Assembly (NCBI GenBank): GCA_019314375.1 | Contig: JAFCZJ010000005.1 | Span: forward strand, 6,910-70,909 | Length of the DNA: 64,000 nucleotides | From: Deltaproteobacteria bacterium | GTDB taxonomy: Bacteria > Myxococcota > B64-G9 | Reading direction: 5' to 3' | Part shown: positions 7,934-17,245 of the stretch, piece after piece | How positions within the stretch are numbered: position 1 is the stretch's first letter | Layout: each line of letters starts with the position of its first letter | Position numbers and translations under genes: made by a program | The notes under the pieces: generated by a model | Seen by the model: only the letters and a program-made list of their open reading frames with translations | The model's database searches: none | Told to the model about the DNA's origin: nothing

Positions 7934-10900
7934 GCCTGGTCTTTGGACCCCTCTTTATTCCCGGTTTCCTCCAGTTCTCCCTGCACCAGGACGCTGCCGG
8001 CCTGTTTTTTGGCCTCGGCTTTCAGCTGGGCTGCCATTTTCGCAATCTCAGCGTGACTGCACACCTGCCCCGGCTTCACGAGAATCGACGCCAAAGAGAT
8101 GCTCATGATAGGAAATCGGCGCAACTCGTCAAAACGGTCAGTCGTCTCAATATATCCTTTCGACTGATCTTCCTGTTTGTAATAGAGGGGGATCAGGCTA
8201 TCGAAATTCTTGATGATGCCATGGCAAATGGCCTGGAGGGATCCTGTCTCGGTCACCAACACAAAATCGTCACCCGCGATGTGACCGACAAAGTCGCTCG
8301 GCGTACCATGTTTTTCGACCGCTTTTCGAATCACGTCCCCAGTCTGTTGAATGACACCGTCTGCCTTGGCGTATCCGTAGTAATCATTGAAGGCCTTCAG
8401 ATTGTCCAAATCAAGGTAGCAAAGGCTAAAGCCTCGCAGGTCGAGCAAACGTCGATTGATTTCTCGGTCGAGAGCCAATGATCCGGGCAGCTTGGTGGTC
8501 GGGCTCGAGTCAAGCTCGCGCTCTTTCCGTTGGATGATCGTATCGACACGCGCTCCGAGTTCCAGGGTATCGAAAGGCTTGACCATGTAATCATCGCCGC
8601 CCAATTTAAGAGCCTTAACCTTGTCTTTTGTCTGGCCCCTGGCCGAGATGAAAATGATGGGCAGGTCCTTAAGCTTTCTGTCGGAACGAATTTGTTCGGT
8701 GACTTGAAATCCGTCCATGTCCGGCAGCATGACGTCGAGCAGGACCACATCCACTTGCTCGCGTTCAAGCCGCTTGAGCGCTTCTTCTCCACTTCCAGCC
8801 TCAACGACCGCGTAACCTTGCTCCTCCAGTACCCCTCGAGAGACTTCGCGAATGGCCGGGTCGTCATCCACGATAAGCACCTTGAACATTCTCTTGACCA
8901 GACGTCGTTTCTCGAGCAACTCCAAAACTTGTTCGAGGAGATTCGGCACGTCCACCGGCTTGGAGAGAAATGCAGCAGCGCCCGCCTCGTAGGCCGCATG
9001 TTCTTCCTGGGCCACGCTCAATACCAAGACAGGAATTTCGCGAGTCTCGGGATCGTGGTGAAGAATATCCGTAATCTGCAATCCGTCCACATCGGGCATG
9101 CGAATATCCATCAGGATCAGGGAGGGCAGGCGTTCTCGGGCCAATTCGAGGGCTTCCTTGCCCGAATGGGCAACGTAGACGTGGTAGCCCTGACTCATCA
9201 TCAGTCCCTTGATGACGTAGGTTGTGTTGACGTCGTCGTCCACCACCAGCAAACTCGGTGCCGTCTTGAATTTGGGCAGGCTGGGCATCAGACCGGGCAA
9301 GGTCCGAGCCTCTTCTGTCCCTTTCTGACCATCGTAAGCGGGCAGCGTGATGATAAACTCGGTCCCCTGCCCTCTTCCGCTCTCGACCCAGATGCTGCCG
9401 CCGTGGGCATCCACAATGTTTTTCGAGATGCTCAGGCCCAGGCCCGAACCGGAAACCGCGCCAGACCGGGCTCGTTTGGCCTGCTCGAATTTGTCAAAAA
9501 TTCGAGCGTGGTCTTGCTCGACAATTTCCTCCCCGTCGTTATACACACTCAATCCAATTAAGTCTGAGGTCAATGGGCTTGAGAGGACCTGGACCCGGAT
9601 GGTGCCGTCCTTTTGTGTGAACTTCAGGGCGTTGGATAGAAGGTTATTCAAGACCTGGTGCAAACGATTCCGATCACCCCAGACATGCACCATGTCCTCT
9701 GGCCGACGCAATTCCAGATGCACTTGGCGTTCTTCGGCAGCAGCCTGGTATTGGTCGATTGCCTCTTTGGCCAGTGCGTTCAAATCCAAGCGCGTCATGC
9801 GCATGTCCATTTTGCCGGAGGCATAGCGATTCAGGTCAAGCAGGTCGCTGATGATGGTGTTGAGCTTGTCGCAGCCGCCTCTCGCCAACTCGAGATATCG
9901 TTCCTGCTTCTCGTTGAGTTCTCCGGCGTAACGGTGGATCAGCAGGTCCAAGGCCCCGCCGATGCTGGTCAATGGAGTCCTGAGTTCATGGCTGACGATG
10001 GAGACGAACTCGTCCTTGCGCTCCTCCAGTCGCTTTTCCTCGGTGATGTCTCTGAGCACGACGGCCACACCCAGCAATTTGTCGTCCAGAGAGACCGGCG
10101 ACACAATGGATTGGAGAACACGATCAAAAACCTGGATTTCTTCACGCAGCGCTTCCCTGTCCCGGATGGCCCAGCCTCGCACCAGATCAAAAGGATAAAA
10201 TCCCAAGGTATCCTTCAAAAATCGTGTATCCACCTCTGCATCCGGCGAGAGGTGCAAAAGCTTCCGCGCCGCCGGGTTGATGACGAAGACGCTGTCTTGA
10301 TCATCGACCATGATGACCCCATCGGGCAGGCTCTGAACCATCAAGCGCAAGCGCTCTTGTTCCGTTGAAAGCTGCTTGCGCAGGCCATCGACGATCTCGG
10401 CGGTTTGGTTGGCCAGGATGTCGAGCATCTGCCCCGCATCCTCGCCCAAGCTGTCTTTTCGACTGTCGAACAACATGATCAGGCCAAGTGGTTTGTCATC
10501 CGCCTTGTGCAATACGGTGGCCACCTGAGATACAAATTCGCCATGCTCTACGTCACCAGGTTCTTGACCTGTCACCTGCAAAAGCAGTTCTTCTTCCGAG
10601 ATCAATCGTCCGGTGCGTTCTCGATATGCCTCAAGTGTTTGTTTTCTGATTTCGAACAACTGTTTTTGCCCCATTGGCTTGCGGCGATGGATGTACAAGA
10701 AAGCCTTGGCACCGCCGCCTTGTTCCAGCAGGGCGGCACAGGCGTCGAACTCGAGCATGAAGGGCAGGTATTTGAGGATCGCTCTGATGATCTCGGGATA
10801 TGAATTGGCCCGCGCGGCTTCCTTGCTCAGGTCCAAAAATACCGTCATGGCGTTAAGTCGAAGCTCGAGGTCGCTCAAGAGCTTTTCTTTGTCGCGGCGA

Positions 10901-11277
10901 AGCTGATAGGTCTCCAATCCATTGCGGATGGTGAAGAGCAGGTCGTTTAGATCCCAGGGTTTGGTGATGTAGCGATAGACTTGGCCCCGGTTGATGGCAT
11001 CGATGAGATCCTTGGGCTCGGTATAGCCGGTCAGAATGATACGCATCATCTGGGGTTGAATCTTGCGGGCATGTTCAATGAGTTCGATGCCCGTCATCTC
11101 GGGCATGCGCTGGTCGGTCAGCAGCAGATCCACCTGCTGTACTCGTAAAATTTCCAGTGCTTCCGCCCCGCTCCCGGCGGTCAAAATCTCATAATCGTCT
11201 TCCAGGGCCCGCTCAAGCACATTCAGAGCGTCCTTTTCGTCGTCCACGGCCAAGATGCGATAGCGATGTGTCGTCAT
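7930..11277 (-). CDS. Cytoplasmic hybrid kinase: REC-GAF-like-PAS-HisKA-HATPase-REC-REC-GGDEF
   Basis: REC (LTDQRMP), SHELRTPL, NLLSNA, GSGLGL, two more REC domains (MDIRMP, LDVMLP), DLDNLKAFNDYYG and GHIAGDDF; start MTTHRY with GGAG RBS. Confidence 0.9.
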   Translation of the reverse strand: MTTHRYRILAVDDEKDALNVLERALEDDYEILTAGSGAEALEILRVQQVDLLLTDQRMPEMTGIELIEHARKIQPQMMRIILTGYTEPKDLIDAINRGQVYRYITKPWDLNDLLFTIRNGLETYQLRRDKEKLLSDLELRLNAMTVFLDLSKEAARANSYPEIIRAILKYLPFMLEFDACAALLEQGGGAKAFLYIHRRKPMGQKQLFEIRKQTLEAYRERTGRLISEEELLLQVTGQEPGDVEHGEFVSQVATVLHKADDKPLGLIMLFDSRKDSLGEDAGQMLDILANQTAEIVDGLRKQLSTEQERLRLMVQSLPDGVIMVDDQDSVFVINPAARKLLHLSPDAEVDTRFLKDTLGFYPFDLVRGWAIRDREALREEIQVFDRVLQSIVSPVSLDDKLLGVAVVLRDITEEKRLEERKDEFVSIVSHELRTPLTSIGGALDLLIHRYAGELNEKQERYLELARGGCDKLNTIISDLLDLNRYASGKMDMRMTRLDLNALAKEAIDQYQAAAEERQVHLELRRPEDMVHVWGDRNRLHQVLNNLLSNALKFTQKDGTIRVQVLSSPLTSDLIGLSVYNDGEEIVEQDHARIFDKFEQAKRARSGAVSGSGLGLSISKNIVDAHGGSIWVESGRGQGTEFIITLPAYDGQKGTEEARTLPGLMPSLPKFKTAPSLLVVDDDVNTTYVIKGLMMSQGYHVYVAHSGKEALELARERLPSLILMDIRMPDVDGLQITDILHHDPETREIPVLVLSVAQEEHAAYEAGAAAFLSKPVDVPNLLEQVLELLEKRRLVKRMFKVLIVDDDPAIREVSRGVLEEQGYAVVEAGSGEEALKRLEREQVDVVLLDVMLPDMDGFQVTEQIRSDRKLKDLPIIFISARGQTKDKVKALKLGGDDYMVKPFDTLELGARVDTIIQRKERELDSSPTTKLPGSLALDREINRRLLDLRGFSLCYLDLDNLKAFNDYYGYAKADGVIQQTGDVIRKAVEKHGTPSDFVGHIAGDDFVLVTETGSLQAICHGIIKNFDSLIPLYYKQEDQSKGYIETTDRFDELRRFPIMSISLASILVKPGQVCSHAEIAKMAAQLKAEAKKQAGSVLVQGELEETGNKEGSKDQA

Positions 11278-11367
11278 GGATGTCTCCCGTGCCGATGCTA
11301 ACACAACAGGGCGTTTTGGCAACATGAGGGCTTGCAGATGATGACAACCTCGGTCATCATGGCCACG

Positions 11368-12114
11368 ATGGAAAATCTTCAATTTAGAGTGAAGTATCGA
11401 TCATGGACTGCCCTGCGCAAGGACATCGAAGAGCAAATGTCTATGTGGGGATTGCTGCTCCGCACGGAGATTCAAGCCGAGCTCTATACGCCGGTCGAAC
11501 TGAACATCATCGCACCGGACGGACGATTGTTGGAGTTCAAAGCTCAGGTGCTGCAGCACATTCCGGGTCAGGGCCTCGCCTTGAAGCTAGAGCAAACGGA
11601 TCCAGAGGTCCGGCGAGAGTTGGAAGCATGGCTTGCCGTGGACATCGACGACGCGGTCGATGGCGAGGATCCCAAAGTACGGCTTGCGGGCGAGGAAAGC
11701 CCTGAGCAACCTGAAAGCGCCATTCAGAAAATCGACCAAATGACCGTTACGGAAAAGCGGAGGGCCGCACTTCGAGGCAAGAAGGACATGAGGACCCTGC
11801 TCATCCGTGATCGCAACAAGACGATCCATCCCTTCATTCTCAAGAACCCGTCCATCACTTTGGACGAGATAGAGCAAATCGCAAAGATGCCGGGGGTCAA
11901 TCCGGATGTGCTTCGCTTGATCGCCCGCAACCGGGACTGGACCCGCTCGACCACGGTGGTGCGCAATTTGGTGCGAAATCCCAAGACGCCCATGAAAGAG
12001 GCCCTGACTCTGCTGAAAAAGCTACCCAAAAACGACATTCGAGCCATGGCCAAGACAGGCAACGTGCGTACCGCCATCCAGACGGCTGCTCGTAAGATCG
12101 TAAGGGAACTTTAG
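11368..12114 (+). CDS. PilZ-like N-terminal domain plus helical repeat C-terminal domain
   Basis: N-terminal beta-rich segment resembling myxobacterial PilZ domains; C-terminal region (EKRRAALRG..LIRDRNK..LVRNPKTP) of a kind common in deltaproteobacterial proteins. Confidence 0.65.
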   Translation: MENLQFRVKYRSWTALRKDIEEQMSMWGLLLRTEIQAELYTPVELNIIAPDGRLLEFKAQVLQHIPGQGLALKLEQTDPEVRRELEAWLAVDIDDAVDGEDPKVRLAGEESPEQPESAIQKIDQMTVTEKRRAALRGKKDMRTLLIRDRNKTIHPFILKNPSITLDEIEQIAKMPGVNPDVLRLIARNRDWTRSTTVVRNLVRNPKTPMKEALTLLKKLPKNDIRAMAKTGNVRTAIQTAARKIVREL

Positions 12115-12119
12115 GACTT

Positions 12120-12740
12120 TTAGCGCTCGGCCCGAACCGCTTCCACCGTGAAACTAATCTGCCAGGCACCGTAAGCCGCGCTGGCAATGCCGAATCGGCT
12201 GCTTGCGCGATAACTGCTTTGCCCCGGAAGCACCCTGACCTTGACAATCCCTTTTTGACCCGGTTTGAGTGCTCCACTATGAACAGCGGCCGTGCCCAAA
12301 TGGGAGTCGCTGGTGTATACCTCATCACCCCAGATGGAACCCGTGGTGCTGCCCCGTACCTCAAAGAGCAAAATCCGATCCATCTGGTTTTCGGTCAGAT
12401 GCAAGACGCCCGGATCCGGACGAATGCCCAGGATCCTTCGAATCGTGTCCCTGAGAGCCACGGCCTCGTCGAGCCTGCCGAGTTTGGTGTACTTCTCTTG
12501 CAGTGCCTGGAGCTTCACCGAGGCTTTCTTTTTGGCTGGACCCAACTCATGATCCGCCTGATCTTGGATCTCTCGAATCCGGATCTGGGCTTTGGCCATG
12601 ACCGCTTTTTCCACCCTATCGAATTCCTTCACTGCAGCCATCGCCTCTTCAGGCAAGTTCGCCTGACCGGCTCGAACTTGTGCAAGGCCGGTCCACAGCA
12701 GGCCCAAAATCACCAATCCCGATAATATGTATCGATTCAT
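12120..12740 (-). CDS. Secreted LCCL-domain protein
   Basis: Signal peptide; IWGDEVYTSDSHLGTAAVHSG is LCCL-like; GGAG RBS before ATG 12740. Confidence 0.8.
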   Translation of the reverse strand: MNRYILSGLVILGLLWTGLAQVRAGQANLPEEAMAAVKEFDRVEKAVMAKAQIRIREIQDQADHELGPAKKKASVKLQALQEKYTKLGRLDEAVALRDTIRRILGIRPDPGVLHLTENQMDRILLFEVRGSTTGSIWGDEVYTSDSHLGTAAVHSGALKPGQKGIVKVRVLPGQSSYRASSRFGIASAAYGAWQISFTVEAVRAER

Positions 12741-12755
12741 GGTTCTCTCCAATGC

Positions 12756-12825
12756 GATTTTTCTTGAATGCCCGATTTTTCTTGAATGCCCGATTTTTCT
12801 TGAATGCCCGATTTTTCTTGAATGC
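12756..12825. repeat. Intergenic tandem repeat, 18 nt x about 4
   Basis: GATTTTTCTTGAATGCCC repeated with no spacers. Confidence 0.95.
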
Positions 12826-12862
12826 ATAGTAAGCAGGGACGCATCGGGATGGCAAAAGGTCT

Positions 12863-14143
12863 TTATTGGCCCGCGGTGGTGAAGAGGAAGGGATAGGTGA
12901 CGATGACTTGACCGCCGCCTCGGGGCTTGGGAAAGCGGATTCTTCGGATGACCCTGAGCAGGCAGCCTTCTACGTTGGCGTCGCCCATGGAACTGGCCAT
13001 GGTTTGGGCGTCATCAACACGTCCGCTGCCGTCGATGACGAAGGTGGTGGTGACTTTGCCGTACAGGTTCGGCCGTCTTCCCAGCTCACGTTCGTAACAA
13101 AATTTGAACTGGGCCCAATAACGATGGATTGCCGTGCCCACCACCTTCTGGCTCAGGCCGCCGATGATGCGGCTGCGCTTTTTCGAAAAAGTCACATTGG
13201 CTTTGCCGCGGTGCCCCGGGCTCAGGTTTGTTGTGCTGTCAGCAGCCAGATTCCAGCCACCTGGGCCACCGCTTCCCCCGAGGTCGATTCCTGGTGCGCC
13301 TCCGCCCATGGGACCACCGCGCATCTCCATCCCGGCGAATCCACTTCCTGAAGCAGAGGCCGTCCCCGAGAGGGCTTCGAGTTGGGCATCCAGGTCCGGC
13401 GCCGAAGTGCCCCCGAATATGCTGCCGCCTTGTTTCCCTGCCCCGCCGCCGTGTTTTTTCAGAAGCTCCAAGATGCCCGAGCTGGTGGCCACTTTTCGGT
13501 CATGGGCTCGTCGCTTCTCGCGGGGAATGGCGCTCTTCCCTGAGAGGCTGCTCTTCGTGAGGCTGGCCTGCTTCTTGGTCTCTTCGACGGGTTGGAAGCT
13601 CTTTTTATCCACCGTGGGCAAGGGCATGAGCATTCGTGAAAAGCGGGCCGGATCCTTGAGGTAGTCGGAGGACATGGCTTCGGCGGAGGGCGTGGTTTGG
13701 ATCATGGCCCAAAGACCCAGAGCCACGATGAAAAACATGCTCCACCAGGTGGTCATGGACAGGTCTCTGACACCCATGCGGCTTCCCAGGACAGGCCGAG
13801 GGGATTTGACGACCCGAATTTCGAGCTTGAGTTGACCCAAGCGGATATCGGCCCGGTCGCCTTCCTGCATGGCGATGTGGCTGGGCGAGAGTCGAATCGA
13901 ATCCCGGTTACGCTCTGCACGATGTATGGAAAATTCCGCGTCGGGCCAGAGATGGATCAGGTAGCCTCCAAGCCCGTTTGCGGTGGCCAATCGATGCATG
14001 GGATTTGGGATTTGATCGTCGTCCAGTTGAATGTCGGCTTTTGGACTGTGGCCGATGAATACATCCTTGTCATCGGAAAAAACTTTTGCATCCAGCGCAA
14101 CGGCTCCCCAGCACAATTTGATCGACAACTGTTCTTCTGGCAT
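12863..14143 (-). CDS. GltG/PglI-like protein, second copy (TM, Gly-rich linker, AgmX/PglI-type TonB-C domain)
   Basis: C-terminal FKFCYERELGRRPNLYGKV..CLLRVIRRIRFPKPRGGGQVIVTYPFLF; closely similar to 14912-16843. Confidence 0.85.
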   Translation of the reverse strand: MPEEQLSIKLCWGAVALDAKVFSDDKDVFIGHSPKADIQLDDDQIPNPMHRLATANGLGGYLIHLWPDAEFSIHRAERNRDSIRLSPSHIAMQEGDRADIRLGQLKLEIRVVKSPRPVLGSRMGVRDLSMTTWWSMFFIVALGLWAMIQTTPSAEAMSSDYLKDPARFSRMLMPLPTVDKKSFQPVEETKKQASLTKSSLSGKSAIPREKRRAHDRKVATSSGILELLKKHGGGAGKQGGSIFGGTSAPDLDAQLEALSGTASASGSGFAGMEMRGGPMGGGAPGIDLGGSGGPGGWNLAADSTTNLSPGHRGKANVTFSKKRSRIIGGLSQKVVGTAIHRYWAQFKFCYERELGRRPNLYGKVTTTFVIDGSGRVDDAQTMASSMGDANVEGCLLRVIRRIRFPKPRGGGQVIVTYPFLFTTAGQ

Positions 14144-14219
14144 GACGGACCCCTCTCATGGCGAACGGCCTTGAGACAGACTCAGGCCGGAGAGGTTCCG
14201 GTTGTGAGAGGATCGTCAG

Positions 14220-14900
14220 TTAGAAATTATAAATAATCGAGCCGGAGGCACTCAATGCGGGGATCATGGTGGGTATGACGTAGTAGAAGTTGGATTCTAT
14301 GGCCACCGTGAAGTGTCTCAGAAGAGTGTAGTACTCGAATCGGAAGCCGCCGAAGACATCGCCGTCCACCACTCCCTGATCCGGATCGGCTTCGGGGTTG
14401 ATGATGACGACCCCGCCACCCAGACGGGCTTCTATGGCCCAGCGTTCCGCGCCATAGAGATCGTAGTCGGCTGACAAGTTGATGAAAGTCATGCCGAAAT
14501 CGTAATGATAATCAGGATGGTCATAAGGATCTTGCAAGGGGTTGGCCGCCTGGTATCCCGAGGCATAGGCCAATTGGACACTGAGTTCCTCGTTGATGTC
14601 GTATCCAAATTCGAAGCCGAAGAAGGGTTGTCCGTCCGAATATCCTCGGCTGCCTCCAAAGGTCAGGAACACGCCACCTCGGCCTTCAAAATAGAAGCCC
14701 GTCAGACGTTCGAAAATGATTTCTTCACTTACGTCCACGACAGCAGGGGCTTTCACTTCAGGCTTCACTTCAGGCTTCGCTTCAGGCTTCGCTTCAGGCT
14801 TCGCTTCAGCTTCCGTTGCCTCCGTTTCGCCCTGAGCAAAAGCAGCTGTGGCGAAGCAGGTCAAGAGCAATACAAGCAGGGGAAGGGATCTCGATTTCAT
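14220..14900 (-). CDS. gltH: Outer membrane beta-barrel, GltH/CglE (NfsH)-like
   Basis: Signal peptide, amphipathic strands, EYYTLLRHF, C-terminal YNF; directly follows gltG as in the M. xanthus gltDEFGH order. Confidence 0.7.
   Translation of the reverse strand: MKSRSLPLLVLLLTCFATAAFAQGETEATEAEAKPEAKPEAKPEVKPEVKAPAVVDVSEEIIFERLTGFYFEGRGGVFLTFGGSRGYSDGQPFFGFEFGYDINEELSVQLAYASGYQAANPLQDPYDHPDYHYDFGMTFINLSADYDLYGAERWAIEARLGGGVVIINPEADPDQGVVDGDVFGGFRFEYYTLLRHFTVAIESNFYYVIPTMIPALSASGSIIYNF
14749..14808. repeat. 12-nt coding tandem repeat (KPEA/KPEV linker)
   Basis: GGCTTC(A/G)CTTCA x5. Confidence 0.85.
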
Positions 14901-14911
14901 CTTGTCGGACC

Positions 14912-16843
14912 TCAGCCAGCCGTGGTGAACATGAAGGGATAGGTGACGATGACCTGACCACCACCGCGCGGGGTCGGGAAGCGAATGCGGCGAATGACGC
15001 GCAGCAAGCAATTTTCCACGTTGGCGTTGTGCATGGAACTCTGGATCACTTGAGCCTCGGTCACCCGACCGTTGCCGGCGATGGTGAAGGTGGTCGTGAT
15101 CTTACCGTAGAGATTGGGTGCCTTGGACAATTCGCGTTCGTAACAGAATTTGAACTGGGCCCAATAGCGTTTGATGTATTTGCCGACAACTTCTTGGCTC
15201 AAACCGCCAACAATGCGCGTCCGACCCTTGACCACCCTGACGCCGGCCTTGCCGCGATGGCCAATCTTGACCGAGCCATAACCCGCGCCTGAACCACGAC
15301 CATAACCGGCCGTACCCATGCCGCCCAATCCCAGACCACCACCACCGCCGCCAGGACCGCCTCCGCGAGTGCCCAGACCACCAAAGCCACTGGAGTCCAT
15401 GCCTCCCTTGGAAAGCCCTTCCAGTTGGTCATCCAGGCTGGTCATGGCCGCGCCACCAAAAACGCTGGAGGCATTGTCGCCGGTGCTGCCACCGCGACCT
15501 TTAAGAAGGCCCAGGATACCTGCGTTGGTTGCCGCTTTGCGATCTTGCTCCCGCTTGACTTCTCGTGGGACTTCCGCGGAATCCTTGGTTTTGTTTTTTG
15601 CGATGACTTTTTTCCATTTGGCGTCGTCCGCGGTCTTTGGCTCTTCTTCCTTCTTCTTCTTGATCTCGTCGAAAGTCTTCTTATCTTCGGTTTGTTGCGC
15701 AGGCAAGATCATCTTGGCGAAGCGTGAAGGATCCTTAAGATAATCCGAGGCATCCAACTCTGCTTTTGGGGTCGCCTCGATCATGAACCACACACCGGCG
15801 GCGATAATGAAAAACATGCCCCACCAGGAAGTCATGGTCAGGTCTTTGGAGGCCATGCCCGCCGGGCGAATGCCTTTGGCCTGGGACACATACTCGACCA
15901 CGAAGGCGACTTGCCCAATCATGATTCGAGCCCTGTCACCAAGCCTCAAGGAATAGGAACGAACCGCGCCCTGGCTTGGCAAATCGCCAACGTCAACCAG
16001 CTTGCCCTCGTGGCGGACTTCCAATTCCATACCCGAAGCGATGTGAATCACATGACCGTCTTTGCCGCCTGGGCTTGCCAGCGTGAAAAGTTCTCCAGGA
16101 AAGCGGTCCGTCGAGAGCTGAAAACTGGCCTTGGGATGTTCGCCGACCGTGATGACGGAACCCTCGACAAAGTGTTTGGACTCTAAGGCAATTCGTCCCC
16201 AGAGAACTTTGACTTCCAGGGCCTTGTCTCCCTGCCGTGCTTTTTCGAGCGAGTTGACTTCCCGCTGGAAAAAGACCTCACCAGACTTCGGTGCTTTTGT
16301 GTCAATTTGGCGCGGAATTTCACGCTTGCGGACAATTTGAGTACCGGTACCCGTCTCGACCGCTCGGGCGGGTGCGGGTTTTGGCTGCGTCTTTTTGGCC
16401 GCTTCGCGAACCGGCGGCTTGCGAGGCGGTTTGGCCTTGGGGGATGCTTTTTTTTGACCTGCATCGGGCCTGGTGGGACCATCCTTCATGGCTTTCTTCG
16501 GAGCCCTTTCGGCCTTGGTTTCTACCGCATCAGAACCAACGCCGATGACAAAGACTTCCACATCGCCGATGCGGATGGTATCGCCTCGCTGCACATTGGC
16601 TTCTCGGAGGACCTCTTGGTCGTTGACCGTGGTGCCCTCTTCTGAACCCAAGTCGCTGATCAGGGCCACGCCCTCATCCGGACTTGCCCGAAGAATGGCG
16701 TGAACGCCGGATACCGACTCGTCATCGACCTGAAGGTTGGCACCAGGTCCGGAGCCCAGGATGACGCTCTTTTCTCCCTTGAACTCGCGTCGTTCACCAG
16801 CATGTTCGATGATAATTGTAAGCATTTCGCTTTTTTTAGCCAT
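14912..16843 (-). CDS. gltG: GltG/PglI (NfsG)-like: FHA, TM, TonB-C type domain
   Basis: N-terminal FHA-like (VSGVHA, DLGSEEGTTVN), single TM, Gly-rich linker, CYERELSKAPNLYGK..YPFMF. Confidence 0.85.
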   Translation of the reverse strand: MAKKSEMLTIIIEHAGERREFKGEKSVILGSGPGANLQVDDESVSGVHAILRASPDEGVALISDLGSEEGTTVNDQEVLREANVQRGDTIRIGDVEVFVIGVGSDAVETKAERAPKKAMKDGPTRPDAGQKKASPKAKPPRKPPVREAAKKTQPKPAPARAVETGTGTQIVRKREIPRQIDTKAPKSGEVFFQREVNSLEKARQGDKALEVKVLWGRIALESKHFVEGSVITVGEHPKASFQLSTDRFPGELFTLASPGGKDGHVIHIASGMELEVRHEGKLVDVGDLPSQGAVRSYSLRLGDRARIMIGQVAFVVEYVSQAKGIRPAGMASKDLTMTSWWGMFFIIAAGVWFMIEATPKAELDASDYLKDPSRFAKMILPAQQTEDKKTFDEIKKKKEEEPKTADDAKWKKVIAKNKTKDSAEVPREVKREQDRKAATNAGILGLLKGRGGSTGDNASSVFGGAAMTSLDDQLEGLSKGGMDSSGFGGLGTRGGGPGGGGGGLGLGGMGTAGYGRGSGAGYGSVKIGHRGKAGVRVVKGRTRIVGGLSQEVVGKYIKRYWAQFKFCYERELSKAPNLYGKITTTFTIAGNGRVTEAQVIQSSMHNANVENCLLRVIRRIRFPTPRGGGQVIVTYPFMFTTAG

Positions 16844-16867
16844 GTCTTAGCCCTCTTCCTGTTCCGC

Positions 16868-17143
16868 TCAGAGGTTGTCTACACTTTTGATCATTTCGGG
16901 CAAAAAGTTGTCTCTGACCCGAATGAGCAAGTTGAAATTGGCCTTTTTCTTGTTCATCAAATAAGACCCCTCCGGTTTGGTTAACTCGCCGGTGATGGTC
17001 ACATCCGAAAAATCGATGATGGTGGTCTGCTTGTAAACCTTTTGGACTTCACCTTCTTCGGCGCCCTGCGCAAAAGAGGGCTGGGCTGAAAGAAGCAGTC
17101 CGAGGGCGGCTGTTATAATGAGAATCCACTTCATCACTGTCAT
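16868..17143 (-). CDS. gltF: GltF/CglF-like small periplasmic protein
   Basis: Signal peptide; TIIDFSDVTITGELTKPEGSY..FNLLIRVRDNFLPEM; AGGAGG RBS; lies between gltE and gltG. Confidence 0.85.
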   Translation of the reverse strand: MTVMKWILIITAALGLLLSAQPSFAQGAEEGEVQKVYKQTTIIDFSDVTITGELTKPEGSYLMNKKKANFNLLIRVRDNFLPEMIKSVDNL

Positions 17144-17245
17144 CTTTTCCTCCTTGGGGAACCTGATGCAAGCGAGTGTAGCTTGCGACATCCAACCTGT
17201 CTTTAGGTTCCGAAACATCACCAAATTCTTTCAAAAAACAAGATC

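Noticed and set aside
7930-8520. Hypr (cGAMP-making) GGDEF enzyme
   Set aside because: The guanine-specificity Asp appears retained (NDYYGYAKAD) rather than replaced by Ser/Thr.
8530-10803. Long plus-strand ORFs
   Set aside because: Antisense to the hybrid kinase; typical codon-bias shadows.
12741-12827. N-terminal HSRKIG repeat extension, or a CRISPR array
   Set aside because: The RBS and signal peptide point to ATG 12740; the repeats have no spacers and no cas genes are present.
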